This document shows, piece by piece, positions 1-9,874 of a DNA stretch of 64,000 nt (the stretch's first letter is position 1; each line of letters opens with the position of its first letter). The stretch is from Chlorobaculum sp. (GTDB lineage: Bacteria > Bacteroidota > Chlorobiia > Chlorobiales > Chlorobiaceae), in contig JAAXXD010000002.1 in NCBI GenBank assembly GCA_013334655.1, positions 6,319 to 70,318 of the forward strand, given 5' to 3'. The translations under genes and the position numbers were made by a program. The notes under the pieces were generated by a model. That model was not told the DNA's origin and ran no database searches. It saw nothing but the letters and a program-made list of their open reading frames with translations.

Positions 1-998
1 GGGTATGGCTTTTCATATTCATACTCAATGCCATTCAGGTACAAAAAATTAGCTATTGTGAGTTCTTCTACACTTTTAACCTTTTCACCCTGCATTGTGT
101 CAAGAGAAGATTTTGACACTTTGTTTAAAACTTCGCATTTTGATTTTATTGTATTAAAGTCAATTCCTTTCTCTGTATCTAATTTCTCGCCTAATGAATT
201 GTAATTGTCGGTTTCTTCTGGAATATTCATATAGCAGGCGACATATTGAATATATGATTCTACGGCTTCACTATCTTCAAAAATGTCATTTTGTAAATAT
301 TCTTTGATGACTCTGCCAAGAGTGCTGTCATTTGTCACTGCAGGGATATTATTTTGAAATTTTTTTATTGTATCATAACCAAGTTTATGAAAAGTTGTTG
401 CTTTGGTGCCAAGGCCCATTTTTGTTATTCTTTCATTTAATTCATCGACAGTTTTTTTTGTAAAAGATAGTAATAAGATATTTTCAGGTTTAATATTTTT
501 CTTTTCAATCAGATATTTAACTTTTCCAAGGATTGTTAAGGTTTTTCCTGAACCTGCACCAGCTATTATCAAGTTGGAGTATTCGTCTGTTATAACCGCA
601 GTTCTCTGTTGTTCATCCAATTTCTTTCCTTCAATATTATCGAAATATTGTTTCAGCTTTTCCTTTTGTGTAAAGACATAATTTTTGTTGTAACTAATAA
701 TGTAATTATCGAAATCATTGAAAATCTCATTAAATATTTTAACATTTTCTTCTTTCTTATAAAATTTTACTTTGTTCTTAAAGTATTGCCCTACTGCAAA
801 ATATTTTGTTTTTATTTTGTCGCGTTGTACCCAAGTAACATAATCGTTTAGCGAATGAATAGTATCAATAAATTCAATAATTTGTTGCAAATTACTTAAA
901 TAAACAGTGTTCTGATATTTTTTATTTTCTGATAATTGTCGAAAAGCTATTAGAAATAAAAATAATGCAATCGAAGATATAATAAGTATCAATATCAT
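1..998 (-). CDS. UvrD/helicase IV-like SF1A DNA helicase with N-terminal hydrophobic (TM) segment; 3' end outside window
   Basis: Not in the ORF track because it runs off the edge. Manual translation from ATG 998: MILILIISSIALFLFLIAF...LDEQQRTAVITDEYSNLIIAGAGSGKTLTILGKVKYL...ILLLSFTKKTVDELNERI...TTFHKLG (Q motif, Walker A, motifs Ia and Ib). Confidence 0.85.
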   Translation of the reverse strand, partial: MILILIISSIALFLFLIAFRQLSENKKYQNTVYLSNLQQIIEFIDTIHSLNDYVTWVQRDKIKTKYFAVGQYFKNKVKFYKKEENVKIFNEIFNDFDNYIISYNKNYVFTQKEKLKQYFDNIEGKKLDEQQRTAVITDEYSNLIIAGAGSGKTLTILGKVKYLIEKKNIKPENILLLSFTKKTVDELNERITKMGLGTKATTFHKLGYDTIKKFQNNIPAVTNDSTLGRVIKEYLQNDIFEDSEAVESYIQYVACYMNIPEETDNYNSLGEKLDTEKGIDFNTIKSKCEVLNKVSKSSLDTMQGEKVKSVEELTIANFLYLNGIEYEYEKPY

Positions 999-1059
999 AG
1001 TTGCTTTTTATATATTTAAATATTTGTATGTTGTAATGCGATTATAATTATTAGCTGCT

Positions 1060-1198
1060 CGTTAACGAAAAACAATATGCGTATGTTGCGGGATTTCAAC
1101 GTACTATCGTTTCTAAGTTGCACAAATGTTTCTTACTTGCACAATGTTTCAAGCAACCACAAAAGCCCGCAATTATCGCATATTGTATGTTATGTGCA
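1060..1198 (-). mobile_element. attC-like cassette recombination site (long hairpin type)
   Basis: Minus strand: TGCACATAAC just after the helicase stop; paired arms CAATATGCG/CGCATATTG (1073-1081, 1177-1185) and TTGCGGG/CCCGCAA (1086-1092, 1166-1172); ends in GTTAACG ahead of the next gene. Confidence 0.65.
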
Positions 1199-1204
1199 TT
1201 TAAT

Positions 1205-2974
1205 CTATATATCATATTCATATTCAATACTTTTTAATTGTTCGGTTGGTAAATAATCAGTTTTTGATTGCGTTTTCCTGCCTGTTTCTGAAATAAGATA
1301 TAAATTTCTTTTAGCACGAGAAGCAATCACATAAAGTAATTTGTTGGCATCTGCAATTCCTTTATCTGTTGCATGAAAAATACTGTCCCAATAAGGAAGT
1401 TTACCTTGAAGCAAACCAAAAGCAATAACAACATCAAACTCTTCTCCTTTTACACCATGACAAGTTTCAATAACAACTCCATTTCTTGGTTTAAAAAGTT
1501 TACGCCAACTATTTATATCATCTGGATATTCATATTCTTTATCCGCAAGTCTTTTTTCTATGCTTTGAAAAAACAAATCATATTGTTGTTTAAGAATAAG
1601 ATAATCTCCGATTTGAAATTTTAAGGACATTGAGAATTGTTCAAAAGCTTCTTTTAAATATTCAATTCCTTTTTCAATGTCAGGATTTATTGAATTTATC
1701 AATTTTAAAATCACTTTTTCATTCTGATACTCTTCATCTAATTCATGTTGAATAAACTCTTCCAATTCAATAATTAATTCTTTTGCCCAACGAATTCTTG
1801 TTAAGAAATAATTTGAACTTGGCTCGGTAAGTAATAATCGAACAAGTTTATACCAAAAATTATCTCTGCTTTTTCTAAATGGCGATAATCCAAAAGCATC
1901 AAAAGGTACATCAGGCAGTTTTGCTTTTAATTTTCTACCTAACGGTGTAATAAGTTGCCACTGTGGCGCAATTATGCAAATTTCATTATATGAGATACCA
2001 TTTTGATGTTCGTTGGTAATTAATTCAGCAATAAAATCTATTAAATTATCTTTGTTTAAGTCTTTAATGTATTTAATTACTCCTTGTTCATTTTCATATA
2101 TCACATTGATAGCATTTATATCAACCGCCTTAACTTGAAAATTTCTATAATAATCGACAAGACGCTGATGCGAACGCCAATTTCCATGTAATATAACTTC
2201 TTCGATGTTGATATTTGTTTCTTTTTCAATATCATTTTTGTTTTTTGCAATACCTCCCAAAGTTCCGTAAATTGCTTGATTTGGGTCACCAACGTAAACT
2301 ATTCTGGTCTTACCAACTTCGATGATTTTATGTAAAATAGCATATTGAAGCTCTTGTGTATCCTGATATTCGTCAACACAAATAATGTTGAATATTGAAG
2401 CTAAATTTGATTTAATTTCGGGGTGTTTTTTTAAAAGCAAAAATGCTAAATACAAAAGTAAATCAAAATCAATTAGTTTTTGATTTGTTAAATCACGATG
2501 GTACTCTTTTAATAACTCTATTTCTTCTTGGTTGATTGTTTCGTATTTGCCTGATATTGCAATTCTCGTATTGACTTTATAAAAAACAGAAAAATTATAT
2601 TTTTTTTTGTATATATCTAATAGATTTTCAGTGTATTCATTGTCTGCAATTGCAAAACCGTTTTTCAAAATATCAAGATAACCAGCATAGGGTCGTAATA
2701 TCCAATCAAGGCAAAAAGAATGAATTGTTCCTGCCCAAAGTTGTTTGGTATCAATATTTAATCTATCAATTCTATCTTTTATTTCATCAGTTTCTCTATT
2801 TGTAAATGTAAGAGCAACAATAAATTGCTTTGAATTATCCAGTTTATTCAATTCATATGCAACTTTATGGGTAAGAACTCTGGTTTTTCCACTACCTGGA
2901 CATGCCGTTATAAGTAAACTATTCGGACACGTTACCGCAACTATCTGTTCCTCTGTTAAACCTGATAAAATCAT
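1205..2974 (-). CDS. gajB: UvrD-family helicase, Gabija GajB-like
   Basis: ACPGSGKT, ALTFTN, GTIHSF, VDEYQD, VGDPNQAIY, HGVKGEEFD, LYVIASRAK; 4-bp overlap with the upstream OLD nuclease. Confidence 0.75.
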   Translation of the reverse strand: MILSGLTEEQIVAVTCPNSLLITACPGSGKTRVLTHKVAYELNKLDNSKQFIVALTFTNRETDEIKDRIDRLNIDTKQLWAGTIHSFCLDWILRPYAGYLDILKNGFAIADNEYTENLLDIYKKKYNFSVFYKVNTRIAISGKYETINQEEIELLKEYHRDLTNQKLIDFDLLLYLAFLLLKKHPEIKSNLASIFNIICVDEYQDTQELQYAILHKIIEVGKTRIVYVGDPNQAIYGTLGGIAKNKNDIEKETNINIEEVILHGNWRSHQRLVDYYRNFQVKAVDINAINVIYENEQGVIKYIKDLNKDNLIDFIAELITNEHQNGISYNEICIIAPQWQLITPLGRKLKAKLPDVPFDAFGLSPFRKSRDNFWYKLVRLLLTEPSSNYFLTRIRWAKELIIELEEFIQHELDEEYQNEKVILKLINSINPDIEKGIEYLKEAFEQFSMSLKFQIGDYLILKQQYDLFFQSIEKRLADKEYEYPDDINSWRKLFKPRNGVVIETCHGVKGEEFDVVIAFGLLQGKLPYWDSIFHATDKGIADANKLLYVIASRAKRNLYLISETGRKTQSKTDYLPTEQLKSIEYEYDI

Positions 2975-5057
2975 ACAAATGATAATAGTTTAGTTAATTG
3001 GTCGTTTGGTAGTTGCAATTTGTATTTATCCACTAAATCAGATGCATTAATTTCTGTGAATAGTGTTTGAAAAATTGATTGATTTGGATTTTGAGTGTCT
3101 GATTTTCCTTTATTTATCCTATATTCAACAATACTTCTTTCAACTAATGCAATAGTGTCTTTTACACAAAAAGCAATTGCATTTAAAATGTAATCAGGAA
3201 TAACAAATTTATAATCTATTTTATCACAAAGTTGAAGAGCAAACCAACCTTTTTGCTTCCTCTCTGCAATTTGCAATGCAGCATAACCGTATTCTTTTAC
3301 ATCTGAACTATCAATATTAGTCAAACAATTGTTTTTAGCGGTTATTGTACTATGATGTGTTCCAATGAATGATTTCTCAATAATCGGTTTAAAATAAGAT
3401 GCGTTACCAAATTTAACCAATTCTACTTCAAATATATATTCACCAAAGTAAGGTTTTACATATATGTTACCATTGGTATAACTAATTAAATCAGTTTTCC
3501 GATTTGCTCCACGTACTTCTGCTTCATTTGAAACACCAGTTATAGATTTATCTTCATCTGTAACAATTGAACATCTCTTTTTTATTCTGTTCTCGTGAAA
3601 AATATTAGCTATATTTTTGAACCCAGTAGAGCCTGTATTTATGATACTTAAACCAAGTTCATCGGGCATAATACCAAAAACCTCCTTGATAAGAGTAGGC
3701 AAAACAAAAAATTCAGCATCTCCTTCTACCATGATTACCGATTTTGCAAACAGTAATGTATTTCTACTTGCATCTAAATATCGTTCAAGGTGAATAATTT
3801 CATCAGAGGATAAACCATTAATTGGTTGGGAAACCTGAGTAAAATTATTCTTTTTGGTAAGAATATTTACAGAATTTATTTTACAAACCTCTGAAATATG
3901 CGTTGAATGCGTTGAATAAATGACTTGCGCTTTTTCTTTACCAATATTTTGAAAAATGGTTTTTTGTATATGAGTGTGTAAATGAGCTTCTGGTTCTTCT
4001 ATCAATAATAAGTAAGATGCTTTGTTTTTAGGCAATTGCATCTGATATGATAATAGTTTTAAAGAAAGAAAAACTAAATTAGCACCTCCTAAACTTAATT
4101 CTTCTATATTTGATGTCGGTTCACCTATATTTTCTCCGACCCGCAAAGTCAATTTTTTAAACAAGTCCTCTGTGTCATTTGGCAAATTTGATGTTATTTC
4201 AATTGTTGGTGAATATGTCTTGCCAACCGTATCTGTAATTTTCTTTTTGATTTCGCCAGACAACTCTTTGACCTTATCTAAACCACTAATCTTGTTATTC
4301 AGACTTGTTACAAGTGTTTCAACAGCTTCTTTTTCTATATCATCAATAGCTTTTTCATACTCGCTTAGAAGCGTAATTAACGGATTAGATTTATATAAAC
4401 GTAAATCAGAAATAACATCTCGCAATGCATCGGCATAAGTACATGATATTTCGTCATAAATAGTAAAAGAGCGATTGAAAACGCCTAATTCATCTAAACA
4501 TTTATCAGATGGATTTGGGAAAATATAATTCACAAAATCTCCAATGTGTGACTTGAAAAAAAATCATTAGAGAAATTAATGTTTTTCGCTTTACTTGTAA
4601 ATACTGGTTCATAATCATCAATTGAAATATTATCAATCAATGTTTTAAAATTAGTATCAGTCTTATCGGCAGCATCTAAATTGCTAAAATCAAATAATTT
4701 TTGTCGTGTTTTTTCGTTTGGTCTGAAATAAAAGTTAAAATTTCCATTCGTTCCTAATGTTCCTACAAAATGAGTAGCTAAACATTGAATTTTATCGTCG
4801 TTCGTTAGCTCATCAAACTCAACATTAATTATTAACCAATGACCTTTCCATGAACCAATGCTTCTATTAAAATCAGTGTCTTTCAAGTATTTTACATTTC
4901 TTGGTAAATTCTCGTCTAAAACCAATCTGATAGCATTAAAAATATTTGTTTTGCCAGAACCATTTTCACCAATCAAAGTGTTAATACCTTTTTTAAAAGT
5001 GAAAGTTTCATTTTGAAAATTTCTATAATTCCGTATTGTTAATTTTGAAATATACAT
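2971..5057 (-). pseudogene. gajA: OLD-family ABC-ATPase/TOPRIM nuclease, Gabija GajA-like, split by a 1-nt frameshift (ORFs 4530-5057 and 2971-4533)
   Basis: N part: MYISKLTIRNYRNF...GENGSGKT. C part: LSLGG, LLLIEEPEAHLH, STHS, TOPRIM VEGDAE and TDED. One extra T in the T8 run (4556-4563) joins the two frames. Confidence 0.75.
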
Positions 5058-5077
5058 GTCATTATCTTGGTTTTAGT

Positions 5078-5101
5078 TGCACATAACTTGTTTATATGCG
5101 C
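5078..5101 (-). mobile_element. attI-like site / start of first cassette
   Basis: Minus strand GCGCATATAAACAA-GTTATGTGCA. The 10-mer is the exact inverse of TGCACATAAC at the far end of the operon (1189-1198), and AAACAAGTT resembles the attI1 core context AAACAAAGTT. Confidence 0.5.
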
Positions 5102-5159
5102 TATTCTATTGCGCATTACATTCCATATTGGACAAATAAGCGCGACAAAGTAGCGGTTA

Positions 5160-5338
5160 TTAAAAATCATCGAATCGGCATTTAATTTTCTGAAATATTT
5201 TTTTACTTCAACCACCCCTTCCGTTACTGAAATATGCAAATATTTGCGAATGCGGCTCCAGTATGAGCTTGGTAGTTGTTGCTTTTCACCCTCGTATTCG
5301 AATCGAGTGATCCGTATAGCGGTGCTTGCGTGAGACAT
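5160..5338 (-). pseudogene. possible internally deleted tyrosine-recombinase (integron-like integrase) remnant
   Basis: Begins MSHASTAIRITRFEYEGEKQ. A shifted frame ends SKKIFQKIKCRFDDF* (stop 5160-5162), like the 'VSxKxLQKIKSPFDDL' C-terminus I recall for Bacteroidota/Chlorobi Xer-like integrases. Lies directly upstream of the attI-like site. Confidence 0.4.
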
Positions 5339-5915
5339 TTGCTATGGGGAAAGGTGATACTACCTTATAAATCAGCCGACACATTTAAATGAAGGTAAAA
5401 AATTTGTACCGCAAAGCAAATAGATAAGCGGGGAAATTGCTCTAACGTCTTTTTTTCATCCATCTCCACTCACGCGAAAGAGGCGAACTCAGAAGTGTTC
5501 ATTCAGTAATATATTCCGTTTTATTCTTCCCCGACATATCGGGGGAGCGTTGAAGTCGGGCGAAAAACCCAGATAGATATTGTAAGGCATTACGAAATAG
5601 TCGCTTAAAGCGAATCTCCGAAAACTGGATTCTTCACTGCGTTCAGAATGACAATCGAAAAATGATTCGACTTATCGTGATAGAATCATTTTTGAGACAG
5701 CCTTTTTGCTGTGGCGTCGAATCTTGGGAGGCGCTTCTTCAGACCTCCATGATCCGTTGCTTTCTGGGCGATCAGGTCGGTAATCCGCTTTTCGTCCTTG
5801 TGCCTGAGCCGTCAATCGAAACGGCGGGCATTCTCAATAGACAAGAGGCGCAACCTGATTCATGGGAATAACGGTTCCGGTTCTCATCGATTCAACGAGG
5901 CGTTCACATCCACCA

Positions 5916-6995
5916 TCACTCCTTCCCCTCCATCTTGTTCAGCACTTTGACCATTTCGGCGGTCAGTTGGGCCTGGCGTTCGAAGGCCTGGGTGAGGCGC
6001 TCCATGTCGGTGCGGCGGGTGCGTTCGGTTTCGGCGTCGAAGAGGATCGGTTTCTGGAAGCCTTCCGAGAGCCTGAAGATGTGCAGACAGGTGCGGATAA
6101 GAATCACGTAGACCACCGGCAGAAAATATTCGCCGAAGATGACCGGTATCTGCTGGTAGTGGCTGATGACCGCCGCCCAGTTGCCGGTGACCAGGGCGCT
6201 CCAGTGGACGAAGAAGTAGAGGTAGATCAGCGGGTGGAAGATCATGAAAAAGCGCAGTATTTTTGACTGGCGCTTGCCCGCCGGGTCGCTTTCGATTTTG
6301 GAGAGCAGCCACGGAAAGTGGCCGACCATCATGGCCGCCCGGCGGTCGTTGAGGTAGCGCGCGCCTTGCAGGGCGGAGTCGATGAACGAGGCCACCTGGC
6401 TCATGATGGCCGCGGAGAGAATCGTGGCCAGAAAGGCGTAGCTGAAGTCGTCGAACTTGAACGATCCGGCAAGATACGGCAGCGTGATGGTTTTGGGCTT
6501 GATGACGATGAAGAGCGTGGCGATTCCGGCAAGAATCAGCGAAAAGGTGTGCAGCTTGCGGGCGTGGCGCAGGCTCTCGACCACCGCTTCGGCGTTGGCC
6601 CCCTGCATGGAGTTTCCGGGCGGGTCGAGGCGCACGAGCGCAGCCGAGTCGGTGGCGGGCGAGTAGATGCCGTTGACGCCGATTTCGCACCCCTCGATGC
6701 CGTCGTAGCGCGTGAGCGTGTCGATGGTGCCTCGGCTGAGATTGACGCCGTCGAGCCTCGCGCCCGACAGATCGGCCCCGCGAAGATCGGCACCGCTCAG
6801 GTCAGCGCCCGAGAGCTTCGCTTTGACGAGCACCGCGCCGTTGAGGTCGGCATCCGACAGATATGCTCCGGCCAAATCAAATCCGGCGAGATCGGCTTCG
6901 CGCAGGTTTGGCCGTAGGGCCGGTTCAGCGGCGCGCCACTGATTCCATGCGTCAACTCCGGCTCTGAGTTTATCGAGATGGGTTCTCTCTGCCAT
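5916..6995 (-). CDS. pentapeptide-repeat protein with C-terminal multi-pass membrane domain
   Basis: GVDAWNQWR leader, A(D/N)LxG pentapeptides, several hydrophobic helices. Confidence 0.85.
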   Translation of the reverse strand: MAERTHLDKLRAGVDAWNQWRAAEPALRPNLREADLAGFDLAGAYLSDADLNGAVLVKAKLSGADLSGADLRGADLSGARLDGVNLSRGTIDTLTRYDGIEGCEIGVNGIYSPATDSAALVRLDPPGNSMQGANAEAVVESLRHARKLHTFSLILAGIATLFIVIKPKTITLPYLAGSFKFDDFSYAFLATILSAAIMSQVASFIDSALQGARYLNDRRAAMMVGHFPWLLSKIESDPAGKRQSKILRFFMIFHPLIYLYFFVHWSALVTGNWAAVISHYQQIPVIFGEYFLPVVYVILIRTCLHIFRLSEGFQKPILFDAETERTRRTDMERLTQAFERQAQLTAEMVKVLNKMEGKE

Positions 6996-7035
6996 GTAAA
7001 AATTCAGAAATTCATTCCATCAAGGCAAATGGCTT

Positions 7036-7761
7036 TTATTTCGTAACCACTGCCGTCGGCTTTTCGCTCCATGCGAGAATGGCCTTGAGCAGCGAGGCGC
7101 TTCGGGCCACCTGGGTGTAAGCCTCTTCGGGAGTCATGTTACGATTTTCCTGCCTCATTTTCAGGCCGAGTAGCCGGGCCGATTCAGCGATGGCGGCAAT
7201 CTCTTTTACAAGGTCGGCCTCGCTCTGGATAACCGGCGGCGTCATCATGCTCTGGATTTTAGCGATGTTGCCGCGCACGCTGTTCTCGATGATGCCGTCG
7301 TTGACACTGTGACGCTCCTTGTTGAAGTCGTCGTAGGTGGTGTTGTGCAGCGGCATGGAGAGGTCGCCGCAATAGTGGGCGCAGAAAACCAGCGGATAGT
7401 TCGCGTATTTACCGGTTTTTGATGCCGTCTGATACTCCCTGACCGAACCGATGATCGCGCCGTAGATGTGGCCTTCCTCGTCACAAGGCTTGTTGTAACT
7501 CCCCGCCTGCTTCATGACCATATCAGGCGTAACCGGCTTGTTGGCTGTGTTGTTGAAGAAATGATTCGGCTTCTCGAATGGTTCGAACATCTCTTTTGAC
7601 TTGGCCACGTCAGGCGCGGCGGCGCTGTACCAGAGTTCGAAACCGGCGGCCTCGGCGACGGAGAGATGGGTTTTGTCGTGCCAGGCAAGGGCTTCGGGCT
7701 GGAAAGGCTGGCCACAGAAGAGCGCGGCGAGTGCGGCGATCCGTAAGGCAAAAGTGCGCAT
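7036..7761 (-). CDS. secreted S1/P1 nuclease / Zn-dependent phospholipase C-like protein
   Basis: Signal peptide then mature W-HDKTH; HYCGDLSMPLH and H..ND metal ligands. Start placed at MRTFALR. Confidence 0.7.
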   Translation of the reverse strand: MRTFALRIAALAALFCGQPFQPEALAWHDKTHLSVAEAAGFELWYSAAAPDVAKSKEMFEPFEKPNHFFNNTANKPVTPDMVMKQAGSYNKPCDEEGHIYGAIIGSVREYQTASKTGKYANYPLVFCAHYCGDLSMPLHNTTYDDFNKERHSVNDGIIENSVRGNIAKIQSMMTPPVIQSEADLVKEIAAIAESARLLGLKMRQENRNMTPEEAYTQVARSASLLKAILAWSEKPTAVVTK

Positions 7762-7957
7762 GATGAGTTCTCCGGAAAGGGTTGGAACGTCAGGGTGCTG
7801 CCGACCGGGCAACCGGAACATCTGTAATGCCCGACTTGCAAAGATACAGAGAATCCTGCGGGGCAGCAATCGTGACCAATGATGGGGTGGAGATTTTGCC
7901 GGACTGACACTCTGATCATTGAGGATGGCAGTCCGGCAGAGAAATCCGGCAGGGGAG

Positions 7958-8926
7958 TCAGGCGGACATTTCGAGCATTCTGCGGATCGACTTCAGCGCC
8001 CCTTCGCGCAGGTTCTCATCGACGGTGATCTCGGGCGAGCGGTTCACCATGCAGAGATAGAGCTTTTCGAGCGTGTTCTGCTTCATCTGCTTGCAGACAC
8101 TGCGCGGGTTTGCAGGGTCTTTGGGCGCGGGAATGAAGGTCTTGCCGGGCGAGCGCTTCTCCATTTCGTAGAGAATGCCCGGCTCGGTCGCCACGATGAA
8201 GCTCTTCGACGGACTCTTTTCGGTGTAGTCGAGCAGGGCCGAGGTCGAGCCGACAAACGAGGCGTGACGCAGCACCTCCTCGCGGCACTCGGGATGGGCG
8301 ATCAGCTCCGCGCCGGGATACATCGCCTTGGCCTGAACCATGTAAATCTCCGAGTATGCCTCGTGCACATAGCAGAAGCCCTGCCAGAGCAGCATGTCGC
8401 GGCCCGTTTGCTTCTTTACCCATGCGCCGAGGTTGCGGTCGGGGCCGAAGATGATCTTCTGCTCCGGCGGAATCTGCCGTACGATGTGCACGGCGTTCGA
8501 CGAGGTGCAGATGATGTCCGAAAGCTTCTTGATGGCCGCCGTCGAGTTGACGTAGGTGATGGCGATGGCGTCTGGATGCGCCTCGCGGAAAGCGCGGAAC
8601 TCCTCCTCGGGGCAACTGTCGGCCAAGGGGCAGCCCGCGCCGGTGTCGGGCATGAGCACCATCTTGCCGGGATTGAGAATCTTTGCGGTCTCGGCCATGA
8701 AGTAGACCCCGGCGAAAACGATCACGTCTGCTGAGTTCTTCTCCGCCGCTCGCGCCAGTGCGAGGCTGTCGCCCACGATGTCCGCCGCCTGCTGGATCTC
8801 CGGCAGGGTGTAGTAGTGGGCGAGAATGAGGGCGTTCATCTCCTTTTTGAGAGTCTGCACCCGCTGGAGCAGCTCTTCGGTCGAAAGGCCTGCCGCCTCT
8901 TTCTGCATATCGTTTGCTGTCGTCAT
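7958..8926 (-). CDS. nadA: quinolinate synthase A
   Basis: LILAHYY, GDSLAL, GVYFMAETAKILNP, AGCPLA, YVNSTA, HPEC. Confidence 0.95.
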   Translation of the reverse strand: MTTANDMQKEAAGLSTEELLQRVQTLKKEMNALILAHYYTLPEIQQAADIVGDSLALARAAEKNSADVIVFAGVYFMAETAKILNPGKMVLMPDTGAGCPLADSCPEEEFRAFREAHPDAIAITYVNSTAAIKKLSDIICTSSNAVHIVRQIPPEQKIIFGPDRNLGAWVKKQTGRDMLLWQGFCYVHEAYSEIYMVQAKAMYPGAELIAHPECREEVLRHASFVGSTSALLDYTEKSPSKSFIVATEPGILYEMEKRSPGKTFIPAPKDPANPRSVCKQMKQNTLEKLYLCMVNRSPEITVDENLREGALKSIRRMLEMSA

Positions 8927-9027
8927 GTCGATCTATGAAAAAAATGAATAAAAAAAACTCCTCGACAGTCGAAGAGGAGCGTTTGCCGGATCGGAGGCCG
9001 GAGGCGAATCCAGCCTTTTCCAGCCAG

Positions 9028-9423
9028 TCATCTCAGATAATCTTCCAGATCGTCATCTTCGCGGATCAAAAGCAGGATCGCCGAGTTTGGCACAATCAGA
9101 TAGCGCTCCTCCTCATACTCGATCTCGTACGCGCTGTTCTGGACGAAGATGGCCAGGTCGCCGATCTTGGCCTGGAGCGGAATGTACTGAGGCCCTTCGG
9201 TGCGCTCCTTCCACGGCTCGTCGGTATCGGTTGGCGGCCCGACTGGGTAGCCCGGCCCCGCCTTGAGGACGTAGCCGCTCTGGATTTTGGCCTTCTCCTG
9301 AACGCCCGGCGGAAGGTAGATGCCGGATTTGGTTCTGTCGTCGAGGGATTTCGGCTTGATCAGCACCCTGTCTCCGACGACGATAAATTTATCCGTAACG
9401 TTTCTGGGTTTGTCAAATAACAT
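9028..9423 (-). CDS. co-chaperonin GroES (Cpn10)-like protein, stand-alone
   Basis: VGDRVLIK, TKSGIYLP, GYVLKAGPG, KIGDLAIF, EERYLIV; no groEL adjacent. Confidence 0.8.
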   Translation of the reverse strand: MLFDKPRNVTDKFIVVGDRVLIKPKSLDDRTKSGIYLPPGVQEKAKIQSGYVLKAGPGYPVGPPTDTDEPWKERTEGPQYIPLQAKIGDLAIFVQNSAYEIEYEEERYLIVPNSAILLLIREDDDLEDYLR

Positions 9424-9874
9424 GCGTTGTTGCAATAGCTTGGCGTGAATTCCCGAATGCCGGAAAACCGTACCGTATCGACGGGAGTTCGCCACTCTTT
9501 TCAGCTCTTCCCGGACCGGACGGTGGTCATGAAGCTCAAAATCGTCATTTCAGCCTTAAAAGCAAAAAACGGTTTTCCGATTGGTGGTTTGGAAACAAGG
9601 AGCGCGTTGAAAAAGTGTCGTAACGTCACGACATTCGGGGTGGAACGAGGATTTCAAGTAGTACCCGATACCGGTAGATGATCGGGAGAACAAGTTTTTG
9701 AAAGCGGCCTAAAATTCATCGAAGAAAAGAGGCGTTATCTGTTATATTTTCGATTCGTGACTTGTATTTTCCGGCCAATGCACCGGATCGAGACTGTAAT
9801 AAAGAAGATCGCCCAGGCAAATCCCGCGCTGTTTTTCCCATCCCGGATAACCGGCGGCAAGGGCCGCGCTCAAT

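Noticed and set aside
5039-5338. 99-aa ORF as a functional gene
   Set aside because: It runs through the attI-like site into the nuclease start and is better explained as an integrase remnant read-through.
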